Positions 28,901-43,827 of a DNA stretch of 64,000 nt are shown here, one piece after another; positions within the stretch are counted from its first letter, which is position 1; each line of letters starts with the position of its first letter. A program made the position numbers and the translations under genes. The notes under the pieces were generated by a model. That model worked only from the letters and a program-made list of their open reading frames with translations, ran no database searches and was not told the DNA's origin. This DNA is from Eledone cirrhosa (Eukaryota): positions 363,258,001 through 363,322,000 of the forward strand of contig OZ024743.1 of the NCBI GenBank assembly GCA_964016885.1. Direction: 5' to 3'.

Positions 28901-30106
28901 ATAATAATATAAGGGAACTATATAGATAATAAATAAATAAATAAATGCAAAAAATTCAATAATAGTGTGACAGAAAAATGGGGAATAGGAGAGAAAGAAA
29001 TTAAATTACTGATGCCATCGATTAGTTCAATAACTTACCTCCTTTCTTACTAAATAACGCACTAAATATAAACTAAAATGCTCTAACCTAGACATAATTT
29101 ACGCAGCTAGAAAGACCATCTTTAAATTTAACAGCCAGCTGTGGCCTAGGAATGATGTCCCTAAACATATTGATATTACTATGGGATACAGCGACTCGGA
29201 TCAAGTCTCTGATTTTGTTAGATTATGTATTTTTCGAGTAAGTTACCTAAAGAATGAGGTCTCCTGTTTGGGAGGAGGACTGTATTTAAATACACATTGA
29301 TGTAGTCTCAGTTACTCACTATGTATATATATATACAGATATCATTTTATCATACAGTTTGGCTGCTTAACGCACTTCTTAATATATATCTTAATTAACT
29401 ATCATCACGAGTGCTAATTATATGCAAATTAACACATCCATTTCAGAATATTACTATGAGTGAATGGGTATATGAGTCCATAAAATACGTGTTTCCTAGT
29501 AGTTCTTTAGATGATGAAGACCCAACTAGGTCCGAAAATCGATTAATAGTGTTTATGTTTTTTCAATTTACAGGGAAATATTAAGTTGTGCGCCAGGCAG
29601 CCGAAATTTATAATAAAATTATCTTTGTATATATATATATATATACTTAGCTGCTATCAGGGGTCACTTAGCTCATTCGTACAGATCACCCAGCTGAAAT
29701 TTGAGAGGTACAAAGTCTAATATTTCGTAGCGGCTGATCGCCACCTTTTTACCTCCAAAGGGGTATTTTACACGATTATCTAAGCTAATATTGATAGCAA
29801 TAGATTGTGGTTACAGATATTTTTTGCGTTTGAGATTCCTACACTTTCTAAAAGTTTTAAGCTACTCACCACTCCGATAGTTTATTTTCGAAGTATATAC
29901 ATACGTACATACAAACACCCCCACCCCATACATGTACACACACACATGTATATATATATTGGAAAATGTGTGAAATCCTTGGTACAGTTAGGTATATTTA
30001 AAAAAAGGAAAAGAATGACTTCACTTGTAGTCCTAAACAATTTAATTTAATTTTATATTATGATATATATATGTCCCAAGGCTCTGATACCATCTATATT
30101 TATATA

Positions 30107-30151
<45 letters not shown>

Positions 30152-30214
30152 GTCCCAAGGCTCTGATACCTTCAACACTATAAACACAGAGCTGTTATAT
30201 CTAAGAACTGACTA

Positions 30215-30270
30215 ACTGCCTGATGAGGTCATAGCCATTCAATGGCTATCATCGAAATATATATAGCAGT
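30215..30270 (+). ncRNA. Minimal type-I hammerhead ribozyme (family H4 relative)
   Basis: actgc-CTGATGA-ggtc-atagccatt-c-aatggctat-catc-GAAA-tatata-TA-gcagt. Stem I is 5 bp, stem II is strong, and aataaa and (TA)n follow. Confidence 0.8.
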
Positions 30271-30311
30271 AAATAAAGGATTATGAGTTCATGCAGTTGA
30301 CTTATGTTTCG

Positions 30312-30394
<83 letters not shown>

Positions 30395-30620
30395 TGTGAC
30401 AAAAACTGTTTACACTAAGGCTGTACATTCTAATAAATATTGCCTGTACAGGTAATCAAAGTGTGTATACATGTTTTGAGGTCACCCTGTATGTATATAA
30501 GTCCCGGGTTCAATCGGGGGTAACCACAATAAGTAAGGTACTCAAGAGTGGGCTTTCCTAATGATTTATTTTGAATGAAGCAGTTCTAATCCTGTAGAAG
30601 CCATTTCTATATTAAACATG

Positions 30621-30679
<59 letters not shown>

Positions 30680-31683
30680 CACGCGCGCGTGTATGTATTT
30701 GTGTCAGTGTGTGTGTGTGTGTCTACAGTATGATACACACACACGCACACGTACATACACACACATATATATATATATATATATTTATAATTAAATAAGT
30801 ACGTACCACAAGCGTGTCCTGTCTGTAGCAGTCCATATTCAACAACTCCAGTACACTATATATACATACATACATATATATATATGTCTATGTGTGTGTG
30901 TCTGTGTATCCACTGGACATTATACACAAAAAGACACGATGTAAACAGCCAGAAAACTGCCTCTTCCTCTGTTAAAAGTCCCGTTAGTGTGTGTATGGTC
31001 CCTAACTGCAGTTGTATATTTAGATATACCTACAGTTCACTTCTACTCACAGCACTGCATCACACGACTGCTTCTTGTACCTACTGCCATATGAACAATA
31101 CCTCTTCGCTTGTCCTCTCTCCCTCTCTCCCTATCCTCCTTTTCTTAGAAGTTTTCAGTCCTCCCTTCCTGTTCCACTTTCATTCTCTGAACCACACACA
31201 CACGCACACATGAATATGTACGTACACACAGAAACTACTCTCTCACAAGCACACAAACCAATAGAAATACACATACACACACAAGCTGAAACAGAAACGC
31301 GGTAAAATCCATAATAGTTTTTGTAATATAAATATATTCATAATTCACATACGTGCATTTGATGTAGTGGATCCTCCGTTGGTTTAGACGGTGAACATTC
31401 AGCTTTTTGAAAAACTGAACTACTTATTAAAGTGTGACTGCTGAGTATTCTCAGTATACGTGTATCTTTAACAATAAATCTGTCCTCTTATAAGCGTGAC
31501 ACTATGTGACAAGATGGGACTTTTGAATTACAGGTATACTCCAATCGACACTTTTCTAACGCAATTTTTCTCCCAAGGCTTTTGTCGTCTCAATTCTGTG
31601 GTAAAAAAAAAACCTTGCCCAAGATGCTTCGAAAGAATCGAACCTGGGACCTACATACATACATACATACATACATACATACA

Positions 31684-33193
31684 TGGTGGCTGCCAACTCG
31701 TTTTCGAGTACGGCCACTACTTTATATCCATGTAGGAGAACTCCTACCGATGCGCTGAACGAGTGTGACTTTTTAGTCCAGCCAGTGACTTGAAAACTCT
31801 GGTACTAACACTACACTTGTGACAATTATTGACACATAGTGCTGGGCTCATGTTACCATATGACGACAAGTGTAGAGAGATCTCCAGATATAAAGCAATG
31901 CCTGTGCCGTGAAGCTTTTATAGTGAGCAAAGGCACTGCACAAAGCCAGTCCCACTCTCTTAACCAAGATGATATATACCAAAAAGAAGAAAAAGTCAAC
32001 ATCATTGGATACCATCAGGGTTGCAGGTGTTATATCAGAGTTTTCCTTCTCCTAGAATTCTGCCTTGACAAAAGCTAAGGGGTCATCTCTCCTGGTGATT
32101 TTGGATGGCCATTGACTCTTAAGAGCTCCTTTGGCCTTTGACAGGTTTTTTTTTTGTCCTGCAGGATGTCCAAAGTCACCCTCCTCACCAAGAAACCTTG
32201 GTGGGGTTGCCAGTTTAGTCGTCAACGACCCGACCATGAGACATACATACATACATACATACATACATACATACATACATACATACATACATACATACAT
32301 ACATACATGGTGGCTGCCAACTCGTTTTCGAGTACGGCCACTACTTTATATCCATGTAGGAGAACCCCTACCGATGCGCTGAACGAGTGTGAATTTTTAG
32401 TCCAGCCAGCGACTTGAAAACTCTGGTACAAACACTACACTTGTGACAATTATTGACACAGTGCTGGGCCCATGGTACCATGTGGCGGCAAGTGCAGAGA
32501 GATCTCCAGATATAAAGCAATGCCTGTGCCGTCAAGCTTTTATAGTGAGCAAAGGCACTGCACAAAGCCAGTCCCACTCTCTTAATCAAGATGATATTTA
32601 CCAAAAGGAAGAAAAAGTCAACATCATTGGATACCATCAGGGTTGCAGATGTTATATCAGAGTTTTCCTTCTCCTAGAATTCTGCCTTGACAAAGGCTAA
32701 GGGTCATCTCTCCCGGTGATTTTGGATGGCCATTGACTCTTAAGAGCTCCTTTGCCCTTTGACAGGTTTTGTTTTTAGTCCTGCAGAATGTCCAAAGTCA
32801 TCCTCCTCACCAAGAAACCTTGGTGGGGTTGCTAGTTTAGTCGCCAACGACCCAACCATGAGACAGGTTGTACTGGGATACATGTTACCAGTAGCACCAA
32901 CTGGTGACCTGACATACATACATACATACATACATACATACATACATACATACATACATACATACATACATACATACATACATACATACATACATACCAG
33001 TAGTTGGTGGGGATCAGTGGTTGGTTTAACGAGAAATATGGTGCCTGAGATCTAGCATAGATATTTGGTTTATATTTGGCTTGGGGTAGATTTTCAAAGT
33101 GTTTTGTTTACGTGTTACGGCAATCCACAGTCTTATTTACATACATTCATACATACATACATACATACATACATACATACATACATACATACA

Positions 33194-33226
<33 letters not shown>

Positions 33227-36187
33227 GGTGGCTGCCAACTCGTTTTCGAGTACGGCCACTACTTTATATCCATGCAGGAGTACCCCTACCGATGCGCTGA
33301 ACGAGTGTGACTTTTTAGTCCAGCCAGCGACTTGAAAACCCTGGTACAAACACTACACCTGTGACAATTATTGACACATAGTGCTGGGCCCATGGTACCA
33401 TGTAACGACAAGTGCAGAGAGATCTCCAGATACAAAGCAATGCCTATGCCGTGAAGCTTTTATAGTGAGCAAAGGCACTGCACAAAGCCAGTCCCACTCT
33501 CTTAACCAAGATGATATTTACCAAAAAGAAGAACAAGTCAACATCATTGGATACCATCAGGATTGCTGGTGTTATATCAGAGTTTTCCCTCCCCCAAAAT
33601 TCTGCCCCGACAAAGGCCAAGGGGTCATTTCTCCCGGATATATATGCACATACACACACATACATACATACATACATACATACATACATACATACATACA
33701 TACCAGTAGTTGGTGGGGATTAGTGGTTGGTTTAACGAGAAATATGGTATCTGAGATCTAGCCTAGGTATTTGGTTTATATTTGGCTTGGGGTAGATTTT
33801 CTAAGTGTTTTGTTTACGTGTTACGGCAATCCACAGTCTTATTTGCATACATACATACATACATACATACATACATACATACATACATACATACATACAT
33901 ACATACATACATACATACATACATGGACCAAAGTATGACTGAACTTGGATTTGCGGGCAAAAAGCGCAGCTCCCTAATTCATAGTCTACAAATGGCTGCG
34001 ATAGCTGGCACCTTCAAAATTTGCAAAACATTCTTGCGAGTCAAGGGATGACAATTTCTTTTCTTTTACAACCTTGCCACCAGGAAGGTGGCCGGTCAAA
34101 AATATATACTCGAAATTAAGAGAAAGAGATAACATACATACATATATGATGGTTGAAAACTCTGCTAAGAATATTGCAATCGCTTGTCAGATTATAGAGT
34201 TTGGTGCAATTTTAGGCTACGACCAGCAACACAAACCCGTAACATATCCTGAACAAGAAAGGCCTGTGCTTTGAGGGTTTTTTAAGTGGGGAAAGGCCTT
34301 GCACTCGACCAATCCAACTCTCTGAGCATCATAAACACTACCGGAAAAGGAGAACTGGTCAACATCATCAGATGCTTCCGAAGCCGCAGGTTTTTTTTCA
34401 GAGTTTCCCTCTCCTAGAAAGGTGTTGTGACAACAACTGGGGGGCCTTTCACTCCCAGGTGAAAGGAAAAACAACAAAAAACAACATACATACATACATA
34501 GATAGCTACAAATGTACATATGCACTAATTACATGCTAAACTTCTGGAATGTTTTACATATTTTCACAATGCCATTAATTGCTTGTAGATGTAATTTCCT
34601 AATTAGCCATATCTATTCTGTTTATTGGGGTTTTTTCTGTGAAATCCAGCTACAACTAGTGGTGCTGAGACAGTTATATCAAAGAGACAATAAGGAATAA
34701 CTACAGATTCCTTCTTAGTTCAGCATAGATGATTATGTTTTTTTTAACTTATCTTTAAACATTGTTACCATGGTGGATTGGCAGTATCGGTAGAGGGTCG
34801 GACGCCATGCTTTGCAGCAAAGAGTTACGGCCCTTTATGTTCTGAGTTCAAATCCCGCCGAGGTTTCTTTCCGTCCCAGATTACCATTTCTGGTCTGTTA
34901 TGCTTAAATTTCACTGGAGCATTGACAGGAACATTCTACCTGAATTTTTTCACATTATGCATGATTAGGTCCTTTATATCATTGCAACTTTTTTTTTATC
35001 ACCGAGACTGTCCTTTCTACAGATTGCTTAATTCCCTGTGTATGTACGTATGTATGTATGTATGTATGTATGTATGTATGTATGTATGTATGTATGTATG
35101 TATGTATGTATGTTATATCAGAGTTTTCTTTCTCCTAGAATTCTGCCTTGACAAAGGCTAAGGGATCATCTCTCCCGGTGATTTTGGATAGCCATTGACT
35201 CTTACGAGCCCTGATATAACACCTGCAACCCTGATGGTATCCAATGATGTTGACTTGTTCTTCTTTTTGGTAAATATCATCTTGGTTAAGAGAGTGGGAC
35301 TGGCTTTGTGCAGTGCCTTTGCTCACTATAAAAGCTTCATGGCACAAGCATTGCTTTATATCTGGAGATCTCTCTGCACTTGTCGTCACATGGTACCATG
35401 GGCCCAGCACTATGTGTCAATAATTGTCACAAGTGTAGTGTTAGTACCAGAGTTTTCAAGTCACTGGCTGGACTAAAAAGTCACACTCGTTCAGCGCATC
35501 GGTAGGAGTTCTCCTACATGGATATAAAGTAGTGGCCGTACTCGAAAACGAGTTGGCAGCCACCATGTATGTATGTATGTCAGGTCACCAGTTGGTGCTA
35601 CTGGTAACATGTATCCCAGTACAACCCGTCTCATGGTCGGGTCGTTGGCGACTAAACTGGCAACCCCACCAAGGTTCCTTGGTGAGGAGGGTGACTTTGG
35701 ACATCCTGCAGGACTAAAAACAAAACCTGTCAAAGGGCAAAGGAGCTCTTAAGAGTCAATGGCCATCCAAAATCACCGGGAGAGATGACCCTTAGCCTTT
35801 GTCAAGGCAGAATTCTAGGAGAAGGAAAACTCTGATATAACATCTGCAACCCTGATGGTATCCAATGATGTTGACTTTTTCTTCCTTTTGGTAAATATCA
35901 TCTTGATTAAGAGAGTGGGACTGGCTTTGTGCAGTGCCTTTGCTCACTATAAAAGCTTCACGGCACAGGCATTGCTTTATATCTGGAGATCTCTCTGCAC
36001 TTGTCGTCACATGGTATCATGGGCCCAGCACTATGTGTCAATAATTGTCACAAGTGTAGTGTTTGTACCAGAGTTTTCAAGTCGCTGGCTGGACTAAAAA
36101 GTCACACTCGTTCAGCGCATCGGTAGGGATTCTCCTACATGGATATAAAGTAGTGGCCGTACTCGAAAACGAGTTGGCAGCCACCAT
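31684..36187. mobile_element. Cluster of ~600-bp bipartite RTE-derived non-autonomous elements with (TGTA)n tails
   Basis: Minus copies at 31684-32241, 32307-32912, 33225-33638 and 35112-35205. Plus copies at 35210-35566 and 35578-36187. The 5' part has the RTE-5'UTR-like ctaggagaaggaaaactctga. The 3' part encodes CSVCTRVFKSLAGLKSHTRSAHR*, followed by hairpin ctcg-aaaa-cgag and (TGTA)n. Confidence 0.75.
33925..34135 (+). mobile_element. 3'-terminal fragment of an R4/Dong-like element within (CATA)n; a related C-terminal fragment lies at ~36545-36730 (-)
   Basis: LGF...LIHSLQMAAIAGTFKICKTFL* and IIVGAFDKVSKRLSNNLEKLRF resemble REL C-termini of R4-clade elements. Confidence 0.5.
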
Positions 36188-37984
36188 GTATGTATGTTTG
36201 TATGTATGTATGTATGTATGTATGTATGTATGTATGTATATGTATGTATATATATATATTTCTTTTCTTTTCTTTTTTTTATTTATTCATTTTTTTTTTT
36301 ATTCGTGCAATGGCCATACTCGATAACGAGGGGGCAGCCATCATGTATATACGTACGTATGTATGTATGCATGCATGCATTTATGTCTGTCTGTGTGTGT
36401 TTTGTGTACCTATGTTTCTGTCCTTTTTAAATATTTGAATACTTCATCATTGGAATTTTAATAACAAAATAGTGGGTGTCACCTATTAAATTTTAGAAAA
36501 GTCTCGCAAATTTTACTGTTCCGCTTACAGATTGAATTGCATGTTAGCTGGCCAATGTTTTTCGTGAAAACCTTAACTTTTCTAGATTGTTACTTAGGCG
36601 TTTACTAACTTTATCAAATGCACCAACAATTATCAGTAAATGTATATCATGTATACAGAAGCAGAAGGTTTTGAAGCAGTTGTTCGTAATTATTCTCTTT
36701 CTCGCTGATTTCGGAAGACATGTTCTGTTCACATCGATAGAACACCTGATATCTATGATAGTAGATTCTTTTCCGAAACAACTATATCAGGGCTGTTATG
36801 TTTGCACCTGATAGAAGTGTTAATGGGAATGTTTCACCTATATTCGTTGTGTTGATATATATATATATATGGTGGGTGTGCGAGGGGTGTGTACTGTAAA
36901 ATTTGTGGTAGTGGTGTTGTAGAAGAGAAGTGGAGAAGAGTTGGCAAATGGTGAAAGATACGAGCTGGTGGTAGCCTCGGTTGGGTCAGAAGGTAAAGGG
37001 GCGGTAAAATTGGGTGTTGTGAGGCTGGCGGAGAGCCTCAGTCTTGCAGGCCTCATTTTACACCACGGATCCCCAGATACTGCACCAGGACCGAGCAGAA
37101 CTTAATTTTTCGCTTTGGACCTACTTCTCCGTATGGATTCAACCCCCCCCCCCCCCCCACGCACAGTTTCTATAATCTCCTTGCTACCAATCACTAACAC
37201 ACGCGCATTTAGACACACTCAACTCCAGCCACACCACAATACACATTCACATAAGCAACACCCGTATATACCACCCAATACACATATACCTGTGAACACA
37301 CATAAATTCCTATTTAAACAGATGCATATCCACCCTATCACACCCAATGGGTCCCATCACACACAGATGTAGCCTTCCATTCATAAAACCTGCATACACA
37401 CACATACAGCTTCATCATATACTCATACATCTGCATCTACGGTCATTATAACACAATCTCTCCTTCCCCTCCACTTTTTGATGCATGCACGTGTATGTGC
37501 GCACGCCGTCACACCAACGACGCAGACATCCCAGCGCTCTCGTTTGAGAGTGCATGTGTCCTTGTTTCTCTTGCGCATGCGTCTGTAATCGCGTGGCACC
37601 CAGTGCCGCGGCTGTGGAACCATCGGTGTTGAATGCTTCCCAACCATCTCCTAGCTTTATCCACCTCCATTCATGTTGTGACTTCTTACTTCGTAGTTCA
37701 GATGTTTGCGGTTGTACTACCATATCGTCGTACCAGAAGCTAAGCAGTTTTTCTTACGGTCATATCACGTAATGAAATATATAAGGCAAATATCATATTT
37801 GCTACCACCTCCTTTTCTATACAACACTTTGCGACGGCCTCTACGTATTTGTATATGTATATGTAGAATTTCATATACATATTTATACACTACGTTGGTC
37901 AGTTCACGCGCCCACGCTCACTCACACCTCACAGTAGCCAGCACGTCACGGTCAAACGCCCATCCTTTAAACCTTTGCACAATC

Positions 37985-38280
37985 AAAGCCCACCCAGTCC
38001 TCTTCCTTTTGAGGAACTGCTTCGCCATGCCGAAGCTCTTCTGCACACTTCGTAACGCTCTTTGTTACAGCCACGCATCTCTCCTCACTGACCTCGATAT
38101 TTGTATCCGAATGACAGCTGAGGAGATATGCAACGTCAGGTTTGATGACTTTGGATGACAATAGGCCGCCTTACCTGTTAGAAATGGTGGCCTTGGTCAC
38201 TGGTCTCCGGTCTCGCTGGCTTTGCCGGCGTACCTTTCGTCGGTAACGTCTTGCCGGGTCTTCATCAACAGGGTTCTCCG
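37985..38280 (+). mobile_element. Internal fragment of the CRE-like element
   Basis: HPVLFLLRNCFAMPKLFCTLR..CYSHASLL.DLD matches 2275-2490. Confidence 0.85.
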
Positions 38281-38699
38281 CAAATGGGTAAAAAGAAAAT
38301 CCACTGGGAGTGAAGGACCTCGAGTTATTGTTACAGTATCTTTCTAAACGAGGGAAACTTTGAAAGAAAATCCACTGGGAAGGAAGGACCCCGAGCTGTT
38401 GTTACAATATCTTTCTGAAAATGGGAAACTTTGAAATAAAACCTGTTGTTGATGTGATTACTGGTCATTTGTCTTAGGCTTGTCACTAGTCAATAACCAC
38501 AGAAACTTAGAGAGTGGTGCTCGTGTAGTACAAGCTTTTGCCACTATAATCTAATGATGTACAGATGTCTCTTTTGTGATCTTCTTATCTGTCATTTCAT
38601 CAACTGAAAGTCCTATAACGATGGAGGAGTGGCGGCGTGTGCAGACCTTACTAGTTGGAAGCACACAGTTGCAACTCTGCACATAGACATATATTAGGG

Positions 38700-41600
38700 T
38701 ATTATCATAACATCGTTGTTATGTCTTCCTATGACAGGGGCTACCTCCGATGGAGACTCCGGTGTTTGAGTAGCCCTATTAAGGAATGCACTGCTCACCC
38801 AAATTGTTGGGAAGGTGCTAGAAAAGGCGCATTGAAAATTTCCTGTCACATCAACGTTAGGTAATTTACTGCGGCTATCGGCGGTTCATTCAAGCAGGAA
38901 AAGTGAAAGTAAAGGACATAGTAAAACATGAAAAATCGAATGCTACTGAAATTTTAGAACCCTTTTGGACCAAAACTCTTCAAACCGACCAGAAAGAAGA
39001 TCCCCACTGTTAACGAAAGAACTCCAAAGAATGAATATAGATATTACAGCCTTGTCAGAAATACGTCTCTCATGGTGTGATCAGCTGACTGAGGCATCAC
39101 CAGGTTTCACACTTTTCTGGACAGGGAAACCAAAAGGAGAACGACGAATTGGTGGTGTAAGTTTTGCAGTGTGAGATACTCTAGCACAACATTTACAGTG
39201 TCCCTCTAGAATCAATGACCGTATAATGAAGTTGCACATTCCACTTGCATGTGGGCAATGTACAACAATTTTTTTCAGTTTATGCTCCAACTCTACAGGC
39301 CAGTGAAGAAAGTATTATGGCGTTCTATCAATCCCTTCGTATTGCAATTATATCTACTCCAGCTGAAGAAAAGTGATAATTCTTGGTGATTTCCATACCC
39401 GTGTTGGCAGAGACATGGATGCACTTGGCCATTACAACATCGGTAAGATGAATGCCAATGATCTAAAGCTACTTGAGCGCTGTTAGGAACTCAACCTAGC
39501 CATTTGCAATACATTATTCCGCAATAAAAAGTAGCATAAAGTTACCTGAATACACCCAAGGTCAAAAGATGGCCGCATGATAGATTCCATAGTAACCAGG
39601 AGATGCAACTTGAATGATGTCTAAAACGTGCGCGTCATGCGTAATGCAAAATCCAACACAGACCATAAGATGATTCGGAAGTTTAAGTTACGTGTTCAGA
39701 AAAAGACTCGTATGTGTGGGATCAAAACACTGAGGCATATTGATGTTGGAAAGCTAAAACAGCAAGAGGTACGTGAGGCTTTGAATGAACGTTTGGATAA
39801 AATTGACTTCGATGGAACGTGGATAAATTTCAGGGATCAATTGTATACAGCAGGAGCAGAAGAACTTGGATTCAGGGCGAAAATAAAAACAACATAAAAA
39901 CTGGTTTGAATATAATAATCAGGTTATCAGCCAACTATTAAAGAAAAAAACATGCTCTTCATGAAATGTTTTGGGGAGAGTGCCCTACAAATTTAACTGT
40001 TATTAAAAAGACATATAAAGAATATAAAGCAACCTTACAATGCGAGCTGAGAAGGCTTAAAAATAAATGGTGGTTGAAGATCTCTGAAGATATTCAAAGT
40101 GATTATAACGCAAAGGATTCAAAACTGTTTTATATTCTTTTGCATGCAGTATATGGTCCAACAACTTCGTCTATTGTTCCCATAAGGTCCAAAGAAAACT
40201 CTGCCACCATCAAGGAATCAATGAAAATCTTTAAGCGTTGGCAAAAACATTTCCCGGATTTATTTGATAATCCATCATCAGTTGGTCATGATGTGCTAGA
40301 TAGCATCCCCCAATGTGTTGTAAATTTTAAAATGGATCGATTACCAAATTATAATGAGGTTTAAATGGCCATCAATCAGCTAAGCATAGGTAAGACACCT
40401 AGATCAGACACCTAGATCTTGTGGAAGTGTTAAAGGTTGGTTATAAGAACATAACACAAACAATACTCCATCTCATCATAGAGTACTGGGCTGGTGCTCC
40501 TATACCACAAGATCGGATAGATGGTATCTTGGTGATCTTGTTTATAGGTAAAGGGGATAAAGGAATTTGCGATCACTACCGTGACATTACTCTGTTGGAA
40601 TCTGAGTGCAAAGTCCTTGCTAGATTATTTTTGAATGGGTTGATGGACAGTCATCTCTGAATCCCAAAGTGGATGTAGATTTGACAGTGGGACAATTGAC
40701 AAGATTTTCTCTGCAAGACAGATACGGGAGAATGTATTGAGCAGTGGAATCCACTGTATCAGGCTTTTGTCGATCTGAAAATAGGGTGACCAACAAAGTT
40801 TATTGATATGTTCGTCCTACCGTACAGAAATATGAAGGCTCGAGTTGTCTTGAATGGAGAATTGTCCAATGAAATCCCAGTTGATAATAGTGTGAAGCAG
40901 GGAGATATCCAGGCTCCCACGTTGCTTTCAATATTTTTTGTTGTGATGCTGACTCATGAATTCCAGGGCTGTTGAAAGAATGATCTACTGCAAGTTAGAA
41001 CTACAGTAAGAACCTTTGACCTAAGAAGGTTCAATATCAAGTCCAAGGTATTCCAAATACTAATTAGCGTACTCCTGTATGCAGTCGGTGTTCACTTTTT
41101 GACTCACCTTGAAGATGACATGCAACACATCATGGATTGTTTTTGCAACTTCTTGTAATGCCTTTGGTATGAAAATTAATCTGAAAAAAGACAAAGGTAA
41201 TGTTCCCCCCATCACCGGGGGAAGCATATATTGAGCCAAATATAATGGTATATTGAACTAGGTTGGGTGTAGTTGACACTTTTCTTTACCTGGGTAGTGC
41301 ATTATCGAGGGATGGTTCGTTGGATGCAGAAATACACCTGCACATTCAAAAGGCCTCAGTAGCCTTCGGAAAATTCGAAAAGAGAGTGTGGGTGGATCAT
41401 GGCATTAACATCAAGACCACGATTAGTGTATACAAGGCCTGCATACTGAGTGTTCTGTTGTATTCTTCGGAAACGTGGACAGTACATCATAGACACCTTA
41501 ATTTAATCAGAAGTGTTTAAGACGAATCCTAAACATCAAATAGCAACAAAACATACCTGACACACAACTCGTTATAGACGCTGGTTGCACGAGTATTGAA

Positions 41601-41720
41601 TCTGCTATCATATCCTCTCAAAGCGTCGGGTAGGTCATGTTGTGCGCATGAATTAGGAAAGACTTCCCCCAAAACAACTGTTTTACAGTCAATTGCACGC
41701 TGGGAAATGCCCTCAACAGA
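38700..41720 (+). mobile_element. Nearly full-length decayed RTE-clade LINE (AP endonuclease plus RT)
   Basis: RPERRSPLLTKELQRMNIDITALSEIRL, FTLFWTGKPKGERRIGGVSFAV, ILGDFHTRVG, CDHYRDITLL..CKVLAR, SVKQGDIQAPTL, FLYLGSALS..EI..IQKASVAFG and LLYSSETW. There are many stops and frameshifts. Confidence 0.9.
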
Positions 41721-42022
41721 AAGTACTGAGAAAACTGTAACATGCTCATGGCTTAAAACATCATAGCGAGATTCATATATAATAGCCGAGAAAATTAGGT
41801 AAATTACATACATAAACATATCGGATATATAACATAAATATATATATATGAATGAGTCAGGACCCCGACGGCTGAGCTCTTGCCGTTTCAATAGCTAGTT
41901 TCAGACAAGCACTAGCTGTTAAAACGGGTTCCTGACTCATCATATAACCATACTCAACTACCTCAAGTACCAAGTACTCTGTTGAGTACTGGTCTAACCA
42001 GTTTCTAACTGAATCCGTCCTG

Positions 42023-42090
<68 letters not shown>

Positions 42091-43775
42091 CGAAGGAAAT
42101 GTGGTAAGGAACCAGATGGACCATAACTAACGCACCAAAGCACTCAATACTTAGGGTAGTAGAGTGGGTAATAGGAACGAGTAGGACCCCGACAGCTAAG
42201 CTCAAGCCGTTTCGACGGCTAATTCTGGACTAAATGAACATTTTTATCCTGGTAAATGAATAGCCGAGCTTCTCAGAGGGTAATTCCATATATGGTAAAA
42301 GTGATTGTCACAAGGATTGGTCAAAAGTTTGTTGTTGAGACACATAATTCTATCATGGCATTTTGTGGAAGGGAGGGTTAGCTGAACTTGCGAGTAGAAG
42401 AAAGAGGGAGAGGGAGTGGAGGAAACCCAGTCGTGCGTTGAAAGTGACAACTACAGCAGAATCCTAAGGATAATAGGTTAAGAGAAGTATAATAGAGAGG
42501 GGGAGGGGAGGAAGTCGAAACAATATGTAAATCTATATGGAGTAAATATATAGAAAAATAAGAATGTTAAAAATATAAAAAAACACAATTTCTGGTTACT
42601 ATTCCCCTACCACAATCATCAAATCTCTCACTGGTACTGCTAAACTATAGAAAAGTTTAATAGGTGGGACGGAATAATAAATACGAGATTGTAGTGAAAG
42701 AATTTTATGAGTTAGTAGTAATCGGCCAAATCTATCTTACAACGACAGGTCAACAAGTAGGGGGCCAAAATACTAAAAAAAAAAAAACTAATACAAAATA
42801 ATAATTCAGAGTCCCGAAACTAATACGAAATATTAATTCAGAATCCCGAAAATGAATATTAATACGATATATAAGAGTACCGCTACAATACATAAATTCT
42901 AATACAAACTGCATAAATGCTCGTACGATATATATGAAAAATTTAATACGAAAAATTAATTCAGAACCCCCCCCAAAAAAATACTGATATACGAGAAACT
43001 AAAGCAGAGATACCACTAAGAAATCTAGAAATCACGGAAAGGGGGCAGCAATCAGATAAGAAAGCAAGTATCTGGGGTCTAGCACATTTGCTATAAAAAG
43101 CGGAGTCGGCCAATTCTATCATAGAATAGGGGGTGGGGTGGGGATACTGAGGCTACAGAGGACCGAAGGGCTGCCTCGAGGTGGGCGAGAAGGTGAAAAG
43201 AACGATGACAAAGAAGGAGAACTGGGGTGGAAGGACTAGGAAGGGATGGGGGAAGAAGGAAATATAGAGGAAACGATAACAAATATATATAAGAAAATCT
43301 TACGTCTACCTTTGTAAGTAGGGGTTACCCATTACAAAGTCGGCAAGTGGGGTGTTACAGCCCTTGTCTACCCCCCCCCCCCCACCGGGTCATTATGGGG
43401 TTTGAGGGCGAGGTAAGTCCTACGCAATCTGTGTTTGCATGCAGTTACCAGTTCGTCTTTCTTGTTTAGGAGTTGGTCCGTCGAAAACAACATTTGTAAT
43501 GTTTCCTCCGAGCATAAGTTACACGGACGGCGTCCTCCCGTGTAAGAGTTGGCTCTGGACAGTATGTATACATATATGTATATGTATATATATGTATATA
43601 TGTATATATGTATATATATATTTTTTTTTTTAAATAGTCAAACAAGATTCAATGAGTATGTCAAAGAATGAGTTTTACAGTAGATTGGAAGCACTCTACG
43701 AAAAAATAATTTTCCAGAGTTATTAATATTAAAATACAAATATTAATAAAATAGATGTTCTTTTGATCAATTACA

Positions 43776-43827
43776 TTTTATTATACATATTTCGGATGTA
43801 CAACTGTACGTCCTCATCAGACAAAAT
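43776..43827 (-). ncRNA. Minimal type-I hammerhead ribozyme
   Basis: The minus strand reads attttgt-CTGATGA-ggacgtac(agtt)gtacatcc-GAAA-tatgta-TA-ataaaat, with a 7-bp stem I and a G-C closed stem II. Confidence 0.8.

Noticed and set aside
31839-32078. Repeated plus-strand ORF (LGPWYH...EFCLDK) as a small gene family
   Set aside because: It is the antisense reading of the RTE-derived unit, has non-ATG starts in most copies, and shows no recognisable domain.
35578-35730. HDV-like or twister ribozyme at the 5' end of the RTE-derived unit
   Set aside because: Hairpins and CTAA motifs are present, but I could not assemble the P1/P2/P3/P1.1 nested pseudoknot or the twister core by eye. This needs a covariance-model search.
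42240-43560. Unexplained non-repetitive block, as at 4900-6050, 36840-37900 and 61000-62050, considered as possible host exons
   Set aside because: No convincing ORF, splice-consistent exon or recognisable domain. These are probably old repeats and cannot be classified from sequence alone.
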